Assembly: GCF_006345805.1 (NCBI RefSeq)
Contig: NC_043010.1
Coordinates: 11,904,001 to 11,968,000, forward strand
DNA: 64,000 nt
DNA from: Octopus sinensis
Taxonomy: Eukaryota
Reading direction: 5' to 3'
Shown here: positions 62,231 to 64,000 of the stretch, piece by piece
Layout: every line of letters begins with the position of its first letter
Position numbering within the stretch: the first letter of the stretch is position 1
Notes under the pieces: generated by a model
The model's input: only the letters and a program-made list of their open reading frames with translations
The model's database searches: none
Told to the model about the DNA's origin: nothing
Translations under genes and position numbers: made by a program

Positions 62231-62973
62231 ACTATAACAACAACGACACCCATTACTGTGAAATGTTCTGTTTTAATGGCAAGCAATGTGTTTGCTAAAT
62301 AATAAATTGTCTGCCATTCTGTTATTCAACAAGTTACAAAGACAATGTGTCTGGCGTAATATAATAGAAAATTATTGTAAGATATATCAATTACTAAGTA
62401 ACAATGCAGGGAACTTTCTAGATGAGTCAATGAACTTCTTTATGAGCTATGATGGAACCATTTCTTCATCACTTGGCATTTATAAGCAGAAACCATATGA
62501 AGTTTTGTAGTTTAGCACAATAAAATTTTTACCATTAAGATGACATGTAGCATGAATTCAGTTTTGAAGTGCAAGTACTACAGAAGGGGACAGATATATG
62601 AATCAGCTAATTGGTTAGAGAAAAGAATCACCAAAGGATATTACCCAGGGATGCTATCTGCATGTAGAATAACAGTCAAATTAGGGCTACTGTACTTAAT
62701 TCAGGGAGAAAAAATTCTTTTCTAATTAATTTATTAATTAAAAATATTTATGTGATGAAAAGAAAAACATTGGCACAGTTTAGTTTGACTTTGGCAAGTA
62801 ATAGAGAAGAATGGCTGTAAGCAATCTTGAAATATATTTTGGCAGATAGGTCTATATAAATTACTTATGTCGAACTATGGACAAGGGAAAAATACTCAGG
62901 AATGTTGCCATCTATATATCATGCTTAGTTATTAATGACATGTAGGGACACGGTTTTTTCATTATTGGACCAT

Positions 62974-63151
62974 AATATACTATAAAGTATATTAAACGAT
63001 TTTTATAAGTCAATACTATGTTCTACTGTGTTAGCAGTGCATTTTACATCACTTGTTAAGGTTATCTCTACGGAATATTTGTAGAGCACTGCTAACACAG
63101 TAGAGCATGGTATTGAGTTATAAAAATGTTTAATATACTTTATAGTATATT
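62974..63151. repeat. Imperfect fold-back element, ~67-bp arms and ~45-bp spacer
   Basis: 62974-63040 is the approximate reverse complement of 63086-63151. Confidence 0.85.
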
Positions 63152-63225
63152 TTGTTTACATAATGGAATATCACGTCCCTACAAGTCATTAATATTTATG
63201 TATCAGCTTCCAGGAATGTGTTTAA

Positions 63226-63445
63226 CCCTTTAGCATTTAAACCGGCCATATCCGGCCAGAAGTATTCTGCCTGTTTTATGTTCAAACTGGCCAGATCTGG
63301 TCTCTCACACCAACCCTACAATATCGTTTTAAAAATTAGCAGCTACCTCATCAAAATCTCACAGCTACAAGATAATGTATGATTAGTTCGAAACAATGTG
63401 GATAAAAAGCATTAATTTTGGCAGAATAATGCGAACACTAAAGGG
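63226..63445. mobile_element. piggyBac-type MITE (family C), intact
   Basis: TTAA|CCCTTTAG...CTAAAGGG|TTAA. Confidence 0.85.
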
Positions 63446-64000
63446 TTAATATGTAAAATTGGTATATCCAATAATGTAACACAGCTGTATTTAGTGGCTA
63501 TTTAAGTAACATGTTCATAGATGATTAAGGTGTTAGATTGGTGCTGATGAAGGAGCAAAAATTTTCAAAATATGGCATATACGCCCATTACTCTTTTCCA
63601 TCTTTGATCTCATTGTTTATTTACATCTGATATCTCATATATGAAACATCATAGCAAAAGTCAATGACTATAATTTCTATAGAATATCTGTAGAAGTAAC
63701 CGAAACAAGTGATCATGCTTAATGTACACATGTTGATAGGCCAGTCACTGCAACATTTGTCCAGACATAGCATCTCATATCAACTTGCTGTGTTAAAAAC
63801 ACAGTATCAGAGTGAGACAGAAATTAGTCCCAGCAGTGACCAGTGAGAGTGCCAGATGTAGTTTGGCCTTTCTTCGACCCTTTTAATGGCATGTACTCAC
63901 AGGCAGTCTTGTGCTCTGATGAAAATTTATCATCTTTGATATAGGAAAAGGTAAACAGTGCCAAGGACTCCAAATTTGGCATCAAGATGTAGGACAAGAT

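Noticed and set aside
63685-63960. CTGTAGAAGTAACCGAAACAAGTG and CTGATGA...GAAAAGGTA motifs
   Set aside because: Stems I and II do not pair adequately; compatible with chance.

Overview
AT-rich, microsatellite- and SINE-saturated eukaryotic genomic DNA, most consistent with an Octopus (cephalopod) genome; this is inferred from the protocadherin type and the repeat content. The only convincing host gene is a minus-strand protocadherin. A large exon (splice acceptor at 39436/39435, ATG 39410, donor 37035/37034) encodes signal peptide, six cadherin repeats, TM and the start of the tail. A second, phase-compatible coding exon (30807-30651) ends in a HYEEIP motif. Further exons could not be identified. 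The rest is repeat: several tRNA-headed SINE families (labels A, A2, B, D, E, J, K are my own), CR1 and RTE LINE fragments, Tigger and mariner transposase relics, piggyBac-type and mariner-type MITEs, and fold-back elements. Main observations: (1) a SINE insertion whose 18-bp target-site duplication copied the protocadherin 5' splice site; (2) a 2.2-kb head+(body)x12 SINE array with higher-order structure inside one 17-bp TSD; (3) several families of microsatellite-embedded or tandem elements carrying Penelope-type minimal hammerhead-ribozyme motifs, some canonical and some with family-specific variant cores; (4) a 220-bp spacerless palindrome; (5) two unusually long (65-85 bp) direct repeats flanking retroposed inserts. 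Nearly all short ORFs in the supplied track are artefacts of microsatellites or SINEs. All coordinates and alignments were read by eye; no database searches were run.
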